Translations under genes and position numbers: made by a program
In this document: in pieces, positions 9,912 to 19,515 of the stretch
Layout: each line of letters begins with the position of its first letter
Position numbering within the stretch: the first letter of the stretch is position 1
Notes under the pieces: model-generated
The model's database searches: none
What the model saw: the letters and a program-made list of their open reading frames with translations, nothing else
What the model was told of the DNA's origin: nothing
Origin: a virus
Virus record (IMG/VR): IMGVR_UViG_3300037258_000147
Coordinates: 32,001 to 96,000 of that record
Strand: one strand, 5' to 3'
DNA length: 64,000 bases

Positions 9912-10631
9912 TTAAAATATCGCGGCGGAAATTTTAGCTCCCGCTGCTAGAAACGGATTAGCTATATTCCACGTTCTTACAAAAGGATTCTTACTAGGGT
10001 GCAAATAAGTATAGGTTGCTTTGGTTTCTACTTGATCTCCAGTTTGGAGCATATGCTCCCCAGTTCCGGATATGGCTACAAAGTTTTTGCTTAACGGGCC
10101 GAGGTTATCCACAAAATCCGAAACCGCTTGTTTCTTTAACAAAGTATTTACGTTTGTTCCAATTTCCGTGTACTGGCTGACCATCGGATTTACTCTACCT
10201 AGCATCCCGTGAAAATCATCAAAAATTGTTTCTTCTTGGGAGTCTAATACGGACAGGTTTTTGTCTTCGTGATTAGCAGCAATTTCTAACTGTCCGGCAG
10301 TTAATCTAAAAGTCCCTAGAGTTTTATTTACATCAGCCAAAGTTCCGCAAGGGCCGGGTACGCAATTCCGATTAATGGATTGTAATGTGGTGTTAATTCC
10401 AACTGAGGTGCCCCCAAGTTTTTCGGAAGCACTGGACAAGGACCGCGAGGTTTTGCTGACCGCTGTATCTAGGTTGTTTAAACTCTTGGTAGTCTGGACC
10501 AAAACCGTGGATGCTTGGTTCCCTAAATTCTTAATAGCCCGAGTCGTAGTCCATAAGAAATACGACCCGAATCCTAGAAATATAACTAGAGACAAGCAAC
10601 AAACGATTTTGGACCAGTACAGGAGTTTCAT
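9912..10631 (-). CDS. Membrane-anchored coiled-coil protein (possible lysis accessory)
   Basis: N-terminal TM helix followed by a long helical region. Confidence 0.6.
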   Translation of the reverse strand: MKLLYWSKIVCCLSLVIFLGFGSYFLWTTTRAIKNLGNQASTVLVQTTKSLNNLDTAVSKTSRSLSSASEKLGGTSVGINTTLQSINRNCVPGPCGTLADVNKTLGTFRLTAGQLEIAANHEDKNLSVLDSQEETIFDDFHGMLGRVNPMVSQYTEIGTNVNTLLKKQAVSDFVDNLGPLSKNFVAISGTGEHMLQTGDQVETKATYTYLHPSKNPFVRTWNIANPFLAAGAKISAAIF

Positions 10632-10640
10632 AGTTCCAAA

Positions 10641-11021
10641 CTACGAGATTTGTCCGGACAAGGCGTTCAGGAAGGATACGATTCCGTTGGCTCCTGCTTG
10701 AATCTGAGCAGCAGTTGGAGTAGGGAGTTTATTCTGCTGTGCATACGCAAGTGCGGTTGGGGTGACTGCGGCGATTACTGCGGCCAGTTTCTGAGTTCCC
10801 GTGCCGTTCTGTTGTGCGGCTCCAGCAGCCAAAGCTTCCGTCTTTAGGGACTCGGTGATATAGGTGTTAGCAAGATTTACAAGACCAGTGATTTCTGGGA
10901 ACGCAGTTTCTGCCACACTTTCTCCTGCGGTAATAAGGGCCTGCCCTTGCGGGCTGCCGACATACGCGAATACTTTCTTCACATCCGCGCCAATAGTTTC
11001 TAGTACGCTCTTAAAACTCAT
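10641..11021 (-). CDS. Hypothetical Ala-rich membrane-associated protein
   Basis: 126 aa, ATGA-coupled to the upstream gene. Confidence 0.65.
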   Translation of the reverse strand: MSFKSVLETIGADVKKVFAYVGSPQGQALITAGESVAETAFPEITGLVNLANTYITESLKTEALAAGAAQQNGTGTQKLAAVIAAVTPTALAYAQQNKLPTPTAAQIQAGANGIVSFLNALSGQIS

Positions 11022-11281
11022 TTTGTTGCTCCTTGGGGTTGGGCCGGGGGTACCGGCAAAATAGGATTTGAATTATTCCTCGATATTGGAAGTGCTGTTT
11101 GAACCGAATCCCGAATCCAAGTCCATAATTCCTGCGGGGACTTAGGAATGCTAGGAGGCATATTTTTGGCTATAGACAAGCCTCCCGCGATGGCTCCAGT
11201 TCCGTATGCCTCGGAATGTCGAGTGACATGGCCTCCAATAGTGGACCAGAAGTCGCAAAAGAATTTCCAAAAACAGTCCAT
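11018..11281 (-). CDS. Small putative membrane protein (holin-like candidate)
   Basis: 87 aa with hydrophobic segments. Confidence 0.5.
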   Translation of the reverse strand: MDCFWKFFCDFWSTIGGHVTRHSEAYGTGAIAGGLSIAKNMPPSIPKSPQELWTWIRDSVQTALPISRNNSNPILPVPPAQPQGATK

Positions 11282-11282
11282 T

Positions 11283-11564
11283 TTACATTCCTGCGGGAAG
11301 TGCTTGGGCTTGGGCAGGTTCTGGCGGAGCCGCTGCGGGTGCCGCGCCCTGATCTCCCATTGTTTGGTCTAGGTGATCGTGCAAACTGTTCATATCGGGG
11401 ACTACATGCTGCTCTGTTTCGGGCATACTGCCGTCTTCTTCGGGGGAGAAGTGGTGGTGAGCAATGAATCCTCCCGATTTTCCGCGATGAATTTCTAGGT
11501 GATGCGGCTTTTTGCCGGATTTACTTTTCGACTTTTTTCCGCCCATGGCAGACTTGGCTCTCAT
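11283..11564 (-). CDS. Hypothetical His-rich protein
   Basis: 93 aa with AAGGA RBS. Confidence 0.65.
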   Translation of the reverse strand: MRAKSAMGGKKSKSKSGKKPHHLEIHRGKSGGFIAHHHFSPEEDGSMPETEQHVVPDMNSLHDHLDQTMGDQGAAPAAAPPEPAQAQALPAGM

Positions 11565-11666
11565 ATTTTTTCCTTGTCCATTAAATGGACGATTAGATTG
11601 ATTTTGTTAATTAACTGTCGCGCTCGCGAAGGTCGCGCCTTGTGCGTTGCTCACGGTTCCCCAAAC

Positions 11667-13910
11667 TCACTGTCCGGCGAGGAGCAACTGCGGCGGCGTG
11701 CTGCCCGTGCCACTCGTGGAGTCATTCTCAAACACCTTTTCGTCAAACTGCCGCACATCCGGCCAGAGCATCGTTCCAGTACAAGAGCCCGGGTTTGAAG
11801 CAAGCGCATATTTGATCGTCGTCGTGGTCGAACCGGTCATAAACACTTCCGCTCCGGTAGCTGTCCCGGCTCCGCTGGTTGCGCAACTGCCTCCACTGAT
11901 CTGGAGCGGGCCGATAATGTCGTTCGCATTGCCGGGGAGCCCGGAAACAGTCAGAGTCTCCGTTCCGCTGGTCCAGCTTGAGCCCGTGATGGTGTAGGAG
12001 TTCTGGTAGCTCGTGTCTACCGGTAGATGGTAGTAGGCCAGGGCCGCAGGGTTGTCATAGGCGAATCCATTGACGTGAGGGCCGCTAGTCACGTCAGGTC
12101 CAGCGGCGGGGAAAGGATTCGTCGTCGAACCGGAGCAAGAAGTCGGGAAAGTCGCCCAGCTTGTGCAAACCTTCCACCACGAGAGGCCGGTCCCGCCGGA
12201 AGGATGGGCCGTAGCCGAGTTCATGAAGAACGATGCTGGAATGGTACCCGAACCTCCGCAGACCGCTGGTGTGGAGGGGACCGAGTTTTCAAACGGCACC
12301 GCGTTCCCGCTCAAAGTTACGGGGACCTCGCTCGACTGGCACCGCACCGCATTGTTGACCGTATCGTAGTTGGCCCAGCGCATCAGGCTTGTGGGCGTCA
12401 ACGTGTCGCCAGGACCATGATTCACGCGGAAGATTGCGCCGTCGGACGTGCCCTGATACACGGTGCATTGTTGCCCATTTGTATTGCCGAGCGCATTCGC
12501 AACGGCATTGTCGAAGCGGTGAAACGAGTCGAACGAAAGGCCGTCTCCGGTGATTCCTGCGCTATGGATAAACGGTGGATCGGTGCAGGAATCGTAGTTC
12601 CTAAAGAAAGTGTTCAGGTCGCCGGTGCCCCAGGTATCGTCGTCGTCGATCCAATTCATCTCGTTGCCTTCGTTGAGGAGGAAGGAAACGCCGGAATTGA
12701 AATTGTCATGCTGGTAGTCGGTGGACTGTACGTAGTTCGCCGTGACGTTCTGCGCGAAGTTGTACGCGATCACGTCTCCGGTCGATGCTCCGTGGCCCTC
12801 AAGAAACAGACCGTTTTCAGCCAGATTGTTGATGATGAGGCTGTCGGAATCGTTCCACAGCACCACTTGGAATCCATTGCCGGACATCGTGGCCGGGGCC
12901 GCACCGAAGAAATAGCTATTGGCCAGGAGATTGTTTTTTCCTGCGGTATTGTTCCCAACGATGAGTGCGGTGCCGTTACCGCCAACGAACCGCACGCCTT
13001 TAATCCAGGAAGCGTAGCCAACAAGCGCGGTAGTGGGGCTGACGATGGTCAGGTCTTCAAGTCCGCTGCCAAATCCGCTGGTGCCGCTCGACCAGTAGAG
13101 GACGGCGGTGTTGGACGTTGACCAGTTGGGAAGATAGATTCCTGGCGCGAAGCCGAGAGTGTACGAGCCCCCGCCGTTATTGGTGACGGAGGTTATGACC
13201 ACGACTTGCTTTTGTGAGGTCTGTTGGCCGCTCCCCGAACCGCTGCCGGAGATATTGCAGACACTCGACCCTCCGCAGACAAAGACCGCGCCGTTGTCCG
13301 TGATTGATCCTGTCGGGCAGGAATTGAAGCCGGAAGTGTTCTGCGCGCTTCCGCTGAATCCAGAGTCGCATTGGTTGAACCACGCCAGCGCGTGAACCAC
13401 CGGAGTTGCGCCGGAAGCACTGGTTACCGTGACTGAAGTGGCACCGGCGGATGGGCTGGCGTTCAACGTACCGCCTCCAATTGATCCATTGCCTCCAACG
13501 CTTAGAGTTCCACCGGATTGCGTCAGAATGGTGCTCATCGGACCTGACCCGCGCAGCGTTGTGTAAGCAGCGTTGACGCTGAAATTGGAGCTCATGGAGA
13601 ATGCCCCGGCGGCCAGCAGCAGGTACGATCCTGTCGGATTTGCGGAGGCGCAGGCCGATAGCGCAGTGGCAATCGTTGATGTCGAAGTCCCTGCCGCAAC
13701 CGGTACGGTGATTCCCGCCTGAGCGGAAGTACAGGCTGGACGTGTTGGCGGAGTCCAGGGGTTAGGCGGCATCTCACCGTCAGGCAGCGAAGCGGGGAGG
13801 CCCGCCGATCCCCAATCGATTGCGCGCGCGGGAGCGATGATGCCCGACCATGATTGTGCGGGAACAAGCGAACTAGAAAACAACAGGGCCAGAAGCACAA
13901 TCTTCTTCAT
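11667..13910 (-). CDS. Signal-peptide protein, probable right-handed beta-helix (pectate lyase-like)
   Basis: MKKIVLLALL signal peptide; RAIDW..AG, TTLRGSG, GLEDLTI and Asn-ladder motifs; GC-rich. Confidence 0.75.
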   Translation of the reverse strand: MKKIVLLALLFSSSLVPAQSWSGIIAPARAIDWGSAGLPASLPDGEMPPNPWTPPTRPACTSAQAGITVPVAAGTSTSTIATALSACASANPTGSYLLLAAGAFSMSSNFSVNAAYTTLRGSGPMSTILTQSGGTLSVGGNGSIGGGTLNASPSAGATSVTVTSASGATPVVHALAWFNQCDSGFSGSAQNTSGFNSCPTGSITDNGAVFVCGGSSVCNISGSGSGSGQQTSQKQVVVITSVTNNGGGSYTLGFAPGIYLPNWSTSNTAVLYWSSGTSGFGSGLEDLTIVSPTTALVGYASWIKGVRFVGGNGTALIVGNNTAGKNNLLANSYFFGAAPATMSGNGFQVVLWNDSDSLIINNLAENGLFLEGHGASTGDVIAYNFAQNVTANYVQSTDYQHDNFNSGVSFLLNEGNEMNWIDDDDTWGTGDLNTFFRNYDSCTDPPFIHSAGITGDGLSFDSFHRFDNAVANALGNTNGQQCTVYQGTSDGAIFRVNHGPGDTLTPTSLMRWANYDTVNNAVRCQSSEVPVTLSGNAVPFENSVPSTPAVCGGSGTIPASFFMNSATAHPSGGTGLSWWKVCTSWATFPTSCSGSTTNPFPAAGPDVTSGPHVNGFAYDNPAALAYYHLPVDTSYQNSYTITGSSWTSGTETLTVSGLPGNANDIIGPLQISGGSCATSGAGTATGAEVFMTGSTTTTIKYALASNPGSCTGTMLWPDVRQFDEKVFENDSTSGTGSTPPQLLLAGQ

Positions 13911-14650
13911 TTGAACCCCGCCGCTGTTCCGGCAAATGATTGGAAGCCTGCGCCGATTTGACCGGTAATCGAAGTCTGCGTGCTGCTGAATATGAAATCC
14001 TCACAACCAGAATCGGTAGCTGTAGTCAGGGTTGCTCCAGAGACTCCTCGCAATGTCGCTGATGATGCGCCTATCGTGCCTGCCGTCCATGCGGCCCCTG
14101 ATCCCGAAGCGCCTGCGCACACAATAACCAACTCCGCAGATGCGCCCGTGGAGAATGCTGGCGAGGTCCATTGCGAGGCTGCCGTGGCTTGGTAGCTTCC
14201 CGTTTGAACGTCGAAAGAGGGCGAGCCAGCGACGGTGTAGTGCAGCACGACCAGGCTTGAAAATGTTCCCGCGCCGGTCGCGCAACTAAAGGTTGTGCTG
14301 CCTGTTGAAGTCATCCTACTCCAGGCACCTTGCAACGTTCCCGGACCACCACCCGTAGCTTGCGGCGTTAACGTATTCCATGTAGAGGACGGCGAACTGG
14401 TGAAGGTGAAGGAAGCGACAGCCCCAAAGGTTCGACAATACTGATATACGAAGTCTCCGGCGGTAACAGAAAGGGCCGGGCTGGTTATGGTGCCTCCGCC
14501 CGCCACTTCATCCACAAAAGTGTAGTTGACAAAAGTGTAGGTCGCACCGCCGCCGCCAGTCGCTTGGGGGACGAACGGGAACGGCATCACCGGAGACTGT
14601 GCCGCGCACGATGCACAGAGGACGAGCAGAGCCAGCATCACTTTGCTCAT
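13907..14650 (-). CDS. Signal-peptide Ser/Thr/Ala-rich protein
   Basis: Likely start ATG 14650 (MSKVMLALLVLCASCAAQ), ATGA-coupled on both sides. Confidence 0.7.
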   Translation of the reverse strand: MSKVMLALLVLCASCAAQSPVMPFPFVPQATGGGGATYTFVNYTFVDEVAGGGTITSPALSVTAGDFVYQYCRTFGAVASFTFTSSPSSTWNTLTPQATGGGPGTLQGAWSRMTSTGSTTFSCATGAGTFSSLVVLHYTVAGSPSFDVQTGSYQATAASQWTSPAFSTGASAELVIVCAGASGSGAAWTAGTIGASSATLRGVSGATLTTATDSGCEDFIFSSTQTSITGQIGAGFQSFAGTAAGFK

Positions 14651-16980
14651 CGCACCACTCTCCAGTTGAGTGTCAAGGCTCCGGGCGTGATCGATGCGGA
14701 AGTAGAATTGCAGACTTTGAAATTGACGTTGCCAGAAGTCGGATACGGATAGATACTCAAGACCGCACCCGTAGATGACGCGCCGTAGCCCGTCACTGCC
14801 GTGGGGTCGCCGTTGAAGCCCACTGTGATGGTATCCGTGGTCGCCACGCCGGTTGCCGAGACCGTGACTACTGTTTCGCAAGCTCCAGAGGCTACCGCGC
14901 CGGTGTTCATGGCGGCTGTCCCGCTGGCTATCAGCACGCCGAACGCGCCCGCCGTTCCTGTGTTAACGGCAAGCGCCGTAGCAACGCCAGTGCCGAGACC
15001 CGTAACCGCGCTCAGCGGAGCCGCCGCAACTGTCGTGGCGCACGAACCTGCGGAAGTGGTCACGTTGCCGGTAAGTGCGGGCTGTTGCGCGCACGGCACT
15101 GTGCCGCTGTTGATCTGTGCACCGGAAATGCTCTTGTTGGTCAGCGTCTGCGTGTCGCTCGTGCCGACAATCGCTCCCGATGGTGCAGACTTCCCGGCGA
15201 GCGTGCTTGCATTGCCCCACGCCGCGTTAAAGTTGGTCCCGTCGGTCAGGATAGTGAAGCTGGCAGGACCGAGAACTGTTGAAGGTCCGTTGTACGTCAC
15301 CGTCCCGCTAGTGACGGTCAGTGTGCTGCCGCTGGTAACCTGAAAACTCATGATCCCGCCTGTGCACACAGCAGAAGGCAGCGTCACCGTCACGCTTGCG
15401 GTCACGTAGTAGGAGTTCCCCGCGCAGGATGCGGAGAACGAAGTCCCTTCCGTAGTCTGGTTTGTGTTCGCAGCAGCCGCGCCCATGTCGCCGAGAGCCT
15501 GCGTGGGCGTGCGGTACTGAATCAGGTGGAGCGTCGAAGTCGATTCGGCAAACTCCGGGGTTGTAGTTGTGCCAGAGCCGTCGCTGACATTGCCGCTGCC
15601 GCTGGCGTTTGCCAGTACGAACGCATCGGTCGCCAACTTGGTCGTGTTGTCGCCCACGGTTTGCGTAGTCGCCGCCGTGCCGTTCGGCAGCGCGGGTGTG
15701 CCGCTCAAGTTCGAGGCAGTCCCGCCCACGTTGCACGATGTGCAAGTTCCCGTAAGATTAGTAATAACTCCAGATGTTGGGGTTCCGAGCAACGGGCTAA
15801 CTAAAGTAGGCGAGGTTGCAAATACTGCCGCACCCGAACCGGTTTCATCAGTCAAGGCACTTGCTAAATTCGCGCTGGAAGGTGTTGCTAGGAAGGTAGC
15901 GACTCCAGTTCCTAATCCAGTAATTCCAGATACCGGAACACTAGTAGCTGCAATAGTTCCGCTTCCGGATACCCCAAGAGAAGCCCCAGTTCCAACCACC
16001 ATCGCAGCGGTAGTATTAGTGCTGCTGGTAAGAGCAGAGAAAGCCGAAGAACCAGAACCGCAAGACCCCCAAGTTGGAGTAGCAGCAGGACCTGCTGAAA
16101 GAAAACAATTCCCTAATGTTCCAGCAGAACCGGCTACCTCTAAAGGAGAAGTAGTTCCAGAAAGATTTATCCCAGCAGAATAAGTATTTAGTGCGCTGAA
16201 TGTCTGGGCAATTCCCAAGCCTGCTACTGTAGCACTAGTAGCCGGGAACGTCATTGTAGTAGCGTCTGTTCCGGCAAAAGTAAGGCTGTTACTTATAGTA
16301 AGGGTCTTGGAAGTAGTTCCGCCAGCAACCGAAAACCCTGTTGCGCGCGCAGTGAAAGTCAAACCATTTACGGTAGACGGAGTAATCGCCCCGAGGGTGA
16401 TAGTTAGATTAGGAGTCGTTCCTCCAGAAGAAGTACCAGACACTCCGTTTGCTGTGGCTACCCCAATTGCTGTTACTGTCCCGGTTCCCGGGGCTCCGCC
16501 GTCTGTCAACGTGCAAGTAGAACCAGATACTGTACAGGTAACGACGTGGCCGTTTGTCGGAACCGTAACGAAACCTAAAATTGTGTTTGAAGTAGTAGCA
16601 GCACTTCCCCAAATCGTATGGGCTGCGGAACCCCCGTTAGCTGTCTGAAGAGTTCCCGCACTTGTTCCGTCGATTCCTAAAACTGGGGTAAATGTTAATG
16701 CTGGGGTTGCTCCGGCCATAATCTGACCAACAGAACCTGCAAGGTCTAGCGTAGTCGCGCCCGCACTTCCCCCAACCGCAATAGTAGAATGGGGAGAAGT
16801 AATCGCATCTCCGCCGCCGCTGCTACTAAACGTAAAGGTCTGCCCCGATTGACTAACTCCCGTGCCGTTAAAGATATACGGGGGCGGAACTCCGTTGATC
16901 GTAGGAGATGGAGTCTGCGCACTCGTCCATTTTATGGACAAAAAAGCGAGCGCGATAAATAATAGATTTCTTGCTTTCAC
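14647..16980 (-). CDS. Signal-peptide, tail-fibre/adhesin-like Gly/Thr/Ser-rich protein
   Basis: 777 aa with fibre-like motifs (TDETGSGAAVFATSPTL, DNTTKLATDAFV, DTQTLTNK). Confidence 0.75.
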   Translation of the reverse strand: MKARNLLFIALAFLSIKWTSAQTPSPTINGVPPPYIFNGTGVSQSGQTFTFSSSGGGDAITSPHSTIAVGGSAGATTLDLAGSVGQIMAGATPALTFTPVLGIDGTSAGTLQTANGGSAAHTIWGSAATTSNTILGFVTVPTNGHVVTCTVSGSTCTLTDGGAPGTGTVTAIGVATANGVSGTSSGGTTPNLTITLGAITPSTVNGLTFTARATGFSVAGGTTSKTLTISNSLTFAGTDATTMTFPATSATVAGLGIAQTFSALNTYSAGINLSGTTSPLEVAGSAGTLGNCFLSAGPAATPTWGSCGSGSSAFSALTSSTNTTAAMVVGTGASLGVSGSGTIAATSVPVSGITGLGTGVATFLATPSSANLASALTDETGSGAAVFATSPTLVSPLLGTPTSGVITNLTGTCTSCNVGGTASNLSGTPALPNGTAATTQTVGDNTTKLATDAFVLANASGSGNVSDGSGTTTTPEFAESTSTLHLIQYRTPTQALGDMGAAAANTNQTTEGTSFSASCAGNSYYVTASVTVTLPSAVCTGGIMSFQVTSGSTLTVTSGTVTYNGPSTVLGPASFTILTDGTNFNAAWGNASTLAGKSAPSGAIVGTSDTQTLTNKSISGAQINSGTVPCAQQPALTGNVTTSAGSCATTVAAAPLSAVTGLGTGVATALAVNTGTAGAFGVLIASGTAAMNTGAVASGACETVVTVSATGVATTDTITVGFNGDPTAVTGYGASSTGAVLSIYPYPTSGNVNFKVCNSTSASITPGALTLNWRVVR

Positions 16981-16984
16981 TCAA

Positions 16985-17335
16985 TCACACTGTCCAGTAA
17001 AGATACAAAACGGTTCCAGTCGCAGTTAAACCTGTGACAGCGAAATCTCTCCAAGTAAAAGTTCCGAGCGGTTCTGTCGGTTCGTCCGAATATAAAATAG
17101 AGCGCGCGCCTACGGAGGCGGCCACGGGCAGCGGTGGGTACAAATTAATCGAATCGGATGGGGCCGTAATGGTTACAGTTCCAGCAGACGAGGCTCCGCC
17201 CGTCCCGACTACGAGAACTAATTTGTAGACACGAATTCCTGTGGTATACCCGGCATTTTTGACAGCCGTTATATTGCGCCATGACGTGGTATCAGTATCC
17301 AGAGTCATGGGCTGGTTCAAAGGTTGGTTAGCCAA
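16985..17335 (-). CDS. Hypothetical virion-type protein
   Basis: 116 aa beta-rich, GAGG RBS, TTG start. Confidence 0.65.
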   Translation of the reverse strand: MANQPLNQPMTLDTDTTSWRNITAVKNAGYTTGIRVYKLVLVVGTGGASSAGTVTITAPSDSINLYPPLPVAASVGARSILYSDEPTEPLGTFTWRDFAVTGLTATGTVLYLYWTV

Positions 17336-17344
17336 GGTTACCTC

Positions 17345-17554
17345 TTATAAATCAAAATGATGGCGGATAGCTTGCTTCAGTTTGGATATAACCGCCTGAA
17401 AGTGTACCTGAAGACGCGGCTCAGCCAAATCTCTGGCAACCAACAGATCGCCGAGCCAGTCTTTTAATTCTTGTTCTACGTCGGAGAGAATAAGGGTTCG
17501 GTCCCAAGCCCATAGACAGGCTAAAAGTGCTATGACTAAAAATACGAGCCACAT
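17345..17554 (-). CDS. Small membrane protein
   Basis: N-terminal TM helix, GGAGG RBS. Confidence 0.6.
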   Translation of the reverse strand: MWLVFLVIALLACLWAWDRTLILSDVEQELKDWLGDLLVARDLAEPRLQVHFQAVISKLKQAIRHHFDL

Positions 17555-17578
17555 ATTCCCTCCGACGGTTGGGTTTAA

Positions 17579-18232
17579 TTACAGACGGTTGATAACAAAT
17601 TCGGTCAATGTTAGGGAAGCCCCAATAGTAGTAGCCCAAGTAAACGTCGGGAAGAAGTTTAGGTCGGACGATCCTACGGAAGTAATGCTGGCAGTCGTAA
17701 TTGCTCCGGTTCTTGTTGCCCCGATGGAATAGAACACGGGAAGATTGGCCGAATTCAATTGCTGCGAAGCCGAATCCCAGATAAGCTGAGTCGTGAAACT
17801 GAAATTGGTGGAAACGGAGGTACTAACCGTAGTTGCCCCAGCCGAAGATACACCATTAATTCCAGTACCGCTTGGACCGTGAGTCAACAACTGAGCATAT
17901 GTTGAAGACGTAACTCCGCTGGTAAGAACCGCATTGGACGCCTGATACAGCTTAACGGTTAGTGTGCTGGTTCCCGCTGGTCCGGTTACTTTACCGGCAA
18001 TCTTAACTTCAAACGGGTGACCATCAAATTCTCCGCCCGCAATATCAGGAGAAACTCCCTGCCACAAGACTACGGGGTAGGTTGAAGTTCCTAGGGGGAG
18101 AGTAGGAGAAGGAAGTCCCGGGTAGTATCCGGAAGTGTTAGGAGCAAGCAGTGCTGTTTCTGTCAGTCCGGAGTATTGAGACAGCGGAACTGGGTAACTG
18201 TAAATGCCGACTACGGTGTCTTGGCGTGCCAT
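17579..18232 (-). CDS. Hypothetical Ser/Thr-rich virion-type protein
   Basis: Likely start ATG 18232 (MARQDTVVG) after AAGGA. Confidence 0.7.
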   Translation of the reverse strand: MARQDTVVGIYSYPVPLSQYSGLTETALLAPNTSGYYPGLPSPTLPLGTSTYPVVLWQGVSPDIAGGEFDGHPFEVKIAGKVTGPAGTSTLTVKLYQASNAVLTSGVTSSTYAQLLTHGPSGTGINGVSSAGATTVSTSVSTNFSFTTQLIWDSASQQLNSANLPVFYSIGATRTGAITTASITSVGSSDLNFFPTFTWATTIGASLTLTEFVINRL

Positions 18233-18395
18233 TTTTATTATCCTTTGTGGGGTTTTTGACCGACTTGAAGAAGGGGCTCGGCCTGCCCCACGGTGGTGCA
18301 AAACGCCCGCATACTGGGGGCTAATATTTTGTCCACAAAAATGGACAATGTTGTATTGCAAAACTCTAGTTTTAAGGGGGTTTTGTTATGGAAGA

Positions 18396-18470
18396 TGGAG
18401 CGAAGCAGGGGAATCCGACCCCTTTCTCTGGTTTGGAAGACCAGGGCAACAAGCAATATACCAGCTTCGC
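18396..18470 (-). tRNA. tRNA-Gly(TCC)
   Basis: Cloverleaf; anticodon arm CTGGT-CTTCCAA-ACCAG; CCA end. Confidence 0.85.
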
Positions 18471-18474
18471 AAAT

Positions 18475-18553
18475 TGGTCCCCGAAGGGTGAATTGAACAC
18501 CCGATCTTTCGATTATCGGTCGAATGCTTTAAGCCAACTAAGCTATTCGGGGA
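18475..18553 (-). tRNA. tRNA-Ile(GAT)
   Basis: TTCGA-CCGATAA-TCGAA; C33; CCA end. Confidence 0.85.
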
Positions 18554-18631
18554 TGGTACCAGAGACTGGATTCGAACCAGTGAAATTTTCTTTGTAGGAG
18601 AAACGGTTTAGACCACTCACACCACTCTGGC
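18554..18631 (-). tRNA. tRNA-Val(TAC)
   Basis: TTTCT-CCTACAA-AGAAA; C33; CCA end. Confidence 0.85.
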
Positions 18632-18636
18632 AAATA

Positions 18637-18712
18637 TGGTGCTCTCGGCTAGGCTCGAACTAGCATATCCATTTACGGTACTTACCTTCGGAGGGTAAGC
18701 CGATACGGGAGC
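18637..18712 (-). tRNA. D-armless tRNA-like RNA, anticodon CCG (Arg)
   Basis: Acceptor GCTCCCG/CGAGAGC, 5-nt linker, 7-bp anticodon stem, T arm GCTAG-TTCGAGC-CTAGC, ACCA end. Confidence 0.75.
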
Positions 18713-18813
18713 AAAATTTTTACAGCGGGCCAATGCAATCCAGAACTCGTCAGTTCTTCGTGCCCCTAAGTCGTTAGACATGGACCATTGAATTATGCGC
18801 CCCCGCTGTAACT

Positions 18814-18889
18814 TGGAACCGCTGGCCAGACTCGAACTGGCATCTCCTCTTACTCTGTCTCGTTTAGGAAACGAGTGAGATACAGCGGC
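18814..18889 (-). tRNA. D-armless tRNA-like RNA, anticodon CCT (Arg)
   Basis: Acceptor GCCGCTG/CAGCGGT, CTCGT-TTCCTAA-ACGAG, T arm GCCAG-TTCGAGT-CTGGC, TCCA end. Confidence 0.75.
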
Positions 18890-18893
18890 AAAA

Positions 18894-18969
18894 TGGAGGC
18901 CCCGGAGAGATTCAAACTCCCGACCAATCGGGTAGAAACCGATGACTCTGTTCACTGAGTTACGAGGCC
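18894..18969 (-). tRNA. tRNA-Arg(TCT)
   Basis: ATCGG-TTTCTAC-CCGAT; CCA end. Confidence 0.88.
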
Positions 18970-18973
18970 GAAA

Positions 18974-19486
18974 TTAATAAGTTCTAAGAAGTCTAATGAT
19001 TTGGGCAGAGTCGGCGAACTTTATCCATTCCCCTTCAGCTAGGTGAACATCAAATCTTTCTAGTAGCCCCTTTTCTGCGGAGCGTCTATCCAAACAAAAC
19101 TCGTAGTTCTTGATGTAAAAAGCCTTATGCGGATCGTAGGTTTGATACGAAGCAAGCCTATCCTCAGTGTCAACCGTCATTCCAATCTTCAAATAATCTG
19201 GCCATGTCGGGTTGGCAATGATGTAGACTTGGCCTTCTTTGCAATCTTTCGGCTTGCATCCTCTGGAGAATTTCAATTTTAGTAAATTTAAGCCGTGTAT
19301 CTTCCTAGCCAAATTATAATCAAATTTTTTATTTCCTCCGATGCTCAAAGTTCCGTAAACTTTAACAGACTCAGATATCATCTCTTCTGTTATATCAAAA
19401 GCAGAATATGGAGGTATTATACCGCGTTCGGACAGAATTTCTATCGTCTTTAGGCTTTTTTCACTAGGATTGCTCAAAGGACTCAT
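18974..19486 (-). CDS. T5orf172/GIY-YIG domain protein
   Basis: GQVYIIANPTWPDYLKIGMT...RLASYQT...E...GEW motif. Confidence 0.8.
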   Translation of the reverse strand: MSPLSNPSEKSLKTIEILSERGIIPPYSAFDITEEMISESVKVYGTLSIGGNKKFDYNLARKIHGLNLLKLKFSRGCKPKDCKEGQVYIIANPTWPDYLKIGMTVDTEDRLASYQTYDPHKAFYIKNYEFCLDRRSAEKGLLERFDVHLAEGEWIKFADSAQIIRLLRTY

Positions 19487-19515
19487 CCCTTTTCTAAAGT
19501 TAAACCAACTAGAAT

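Noticed and set aside
12027-16648. Long plus-strand ORFs opposite the signal-peptide genes
   Set aside because: Antisense shadows of GC-rich, Ala/Gly/Thr-rich coding sequence.
18721-18810. Hammerhead ribozyme (CTGACGAG present)
   Set aside because: The motif lies in a hairpin and no properly placed GAAA or stem II was found.
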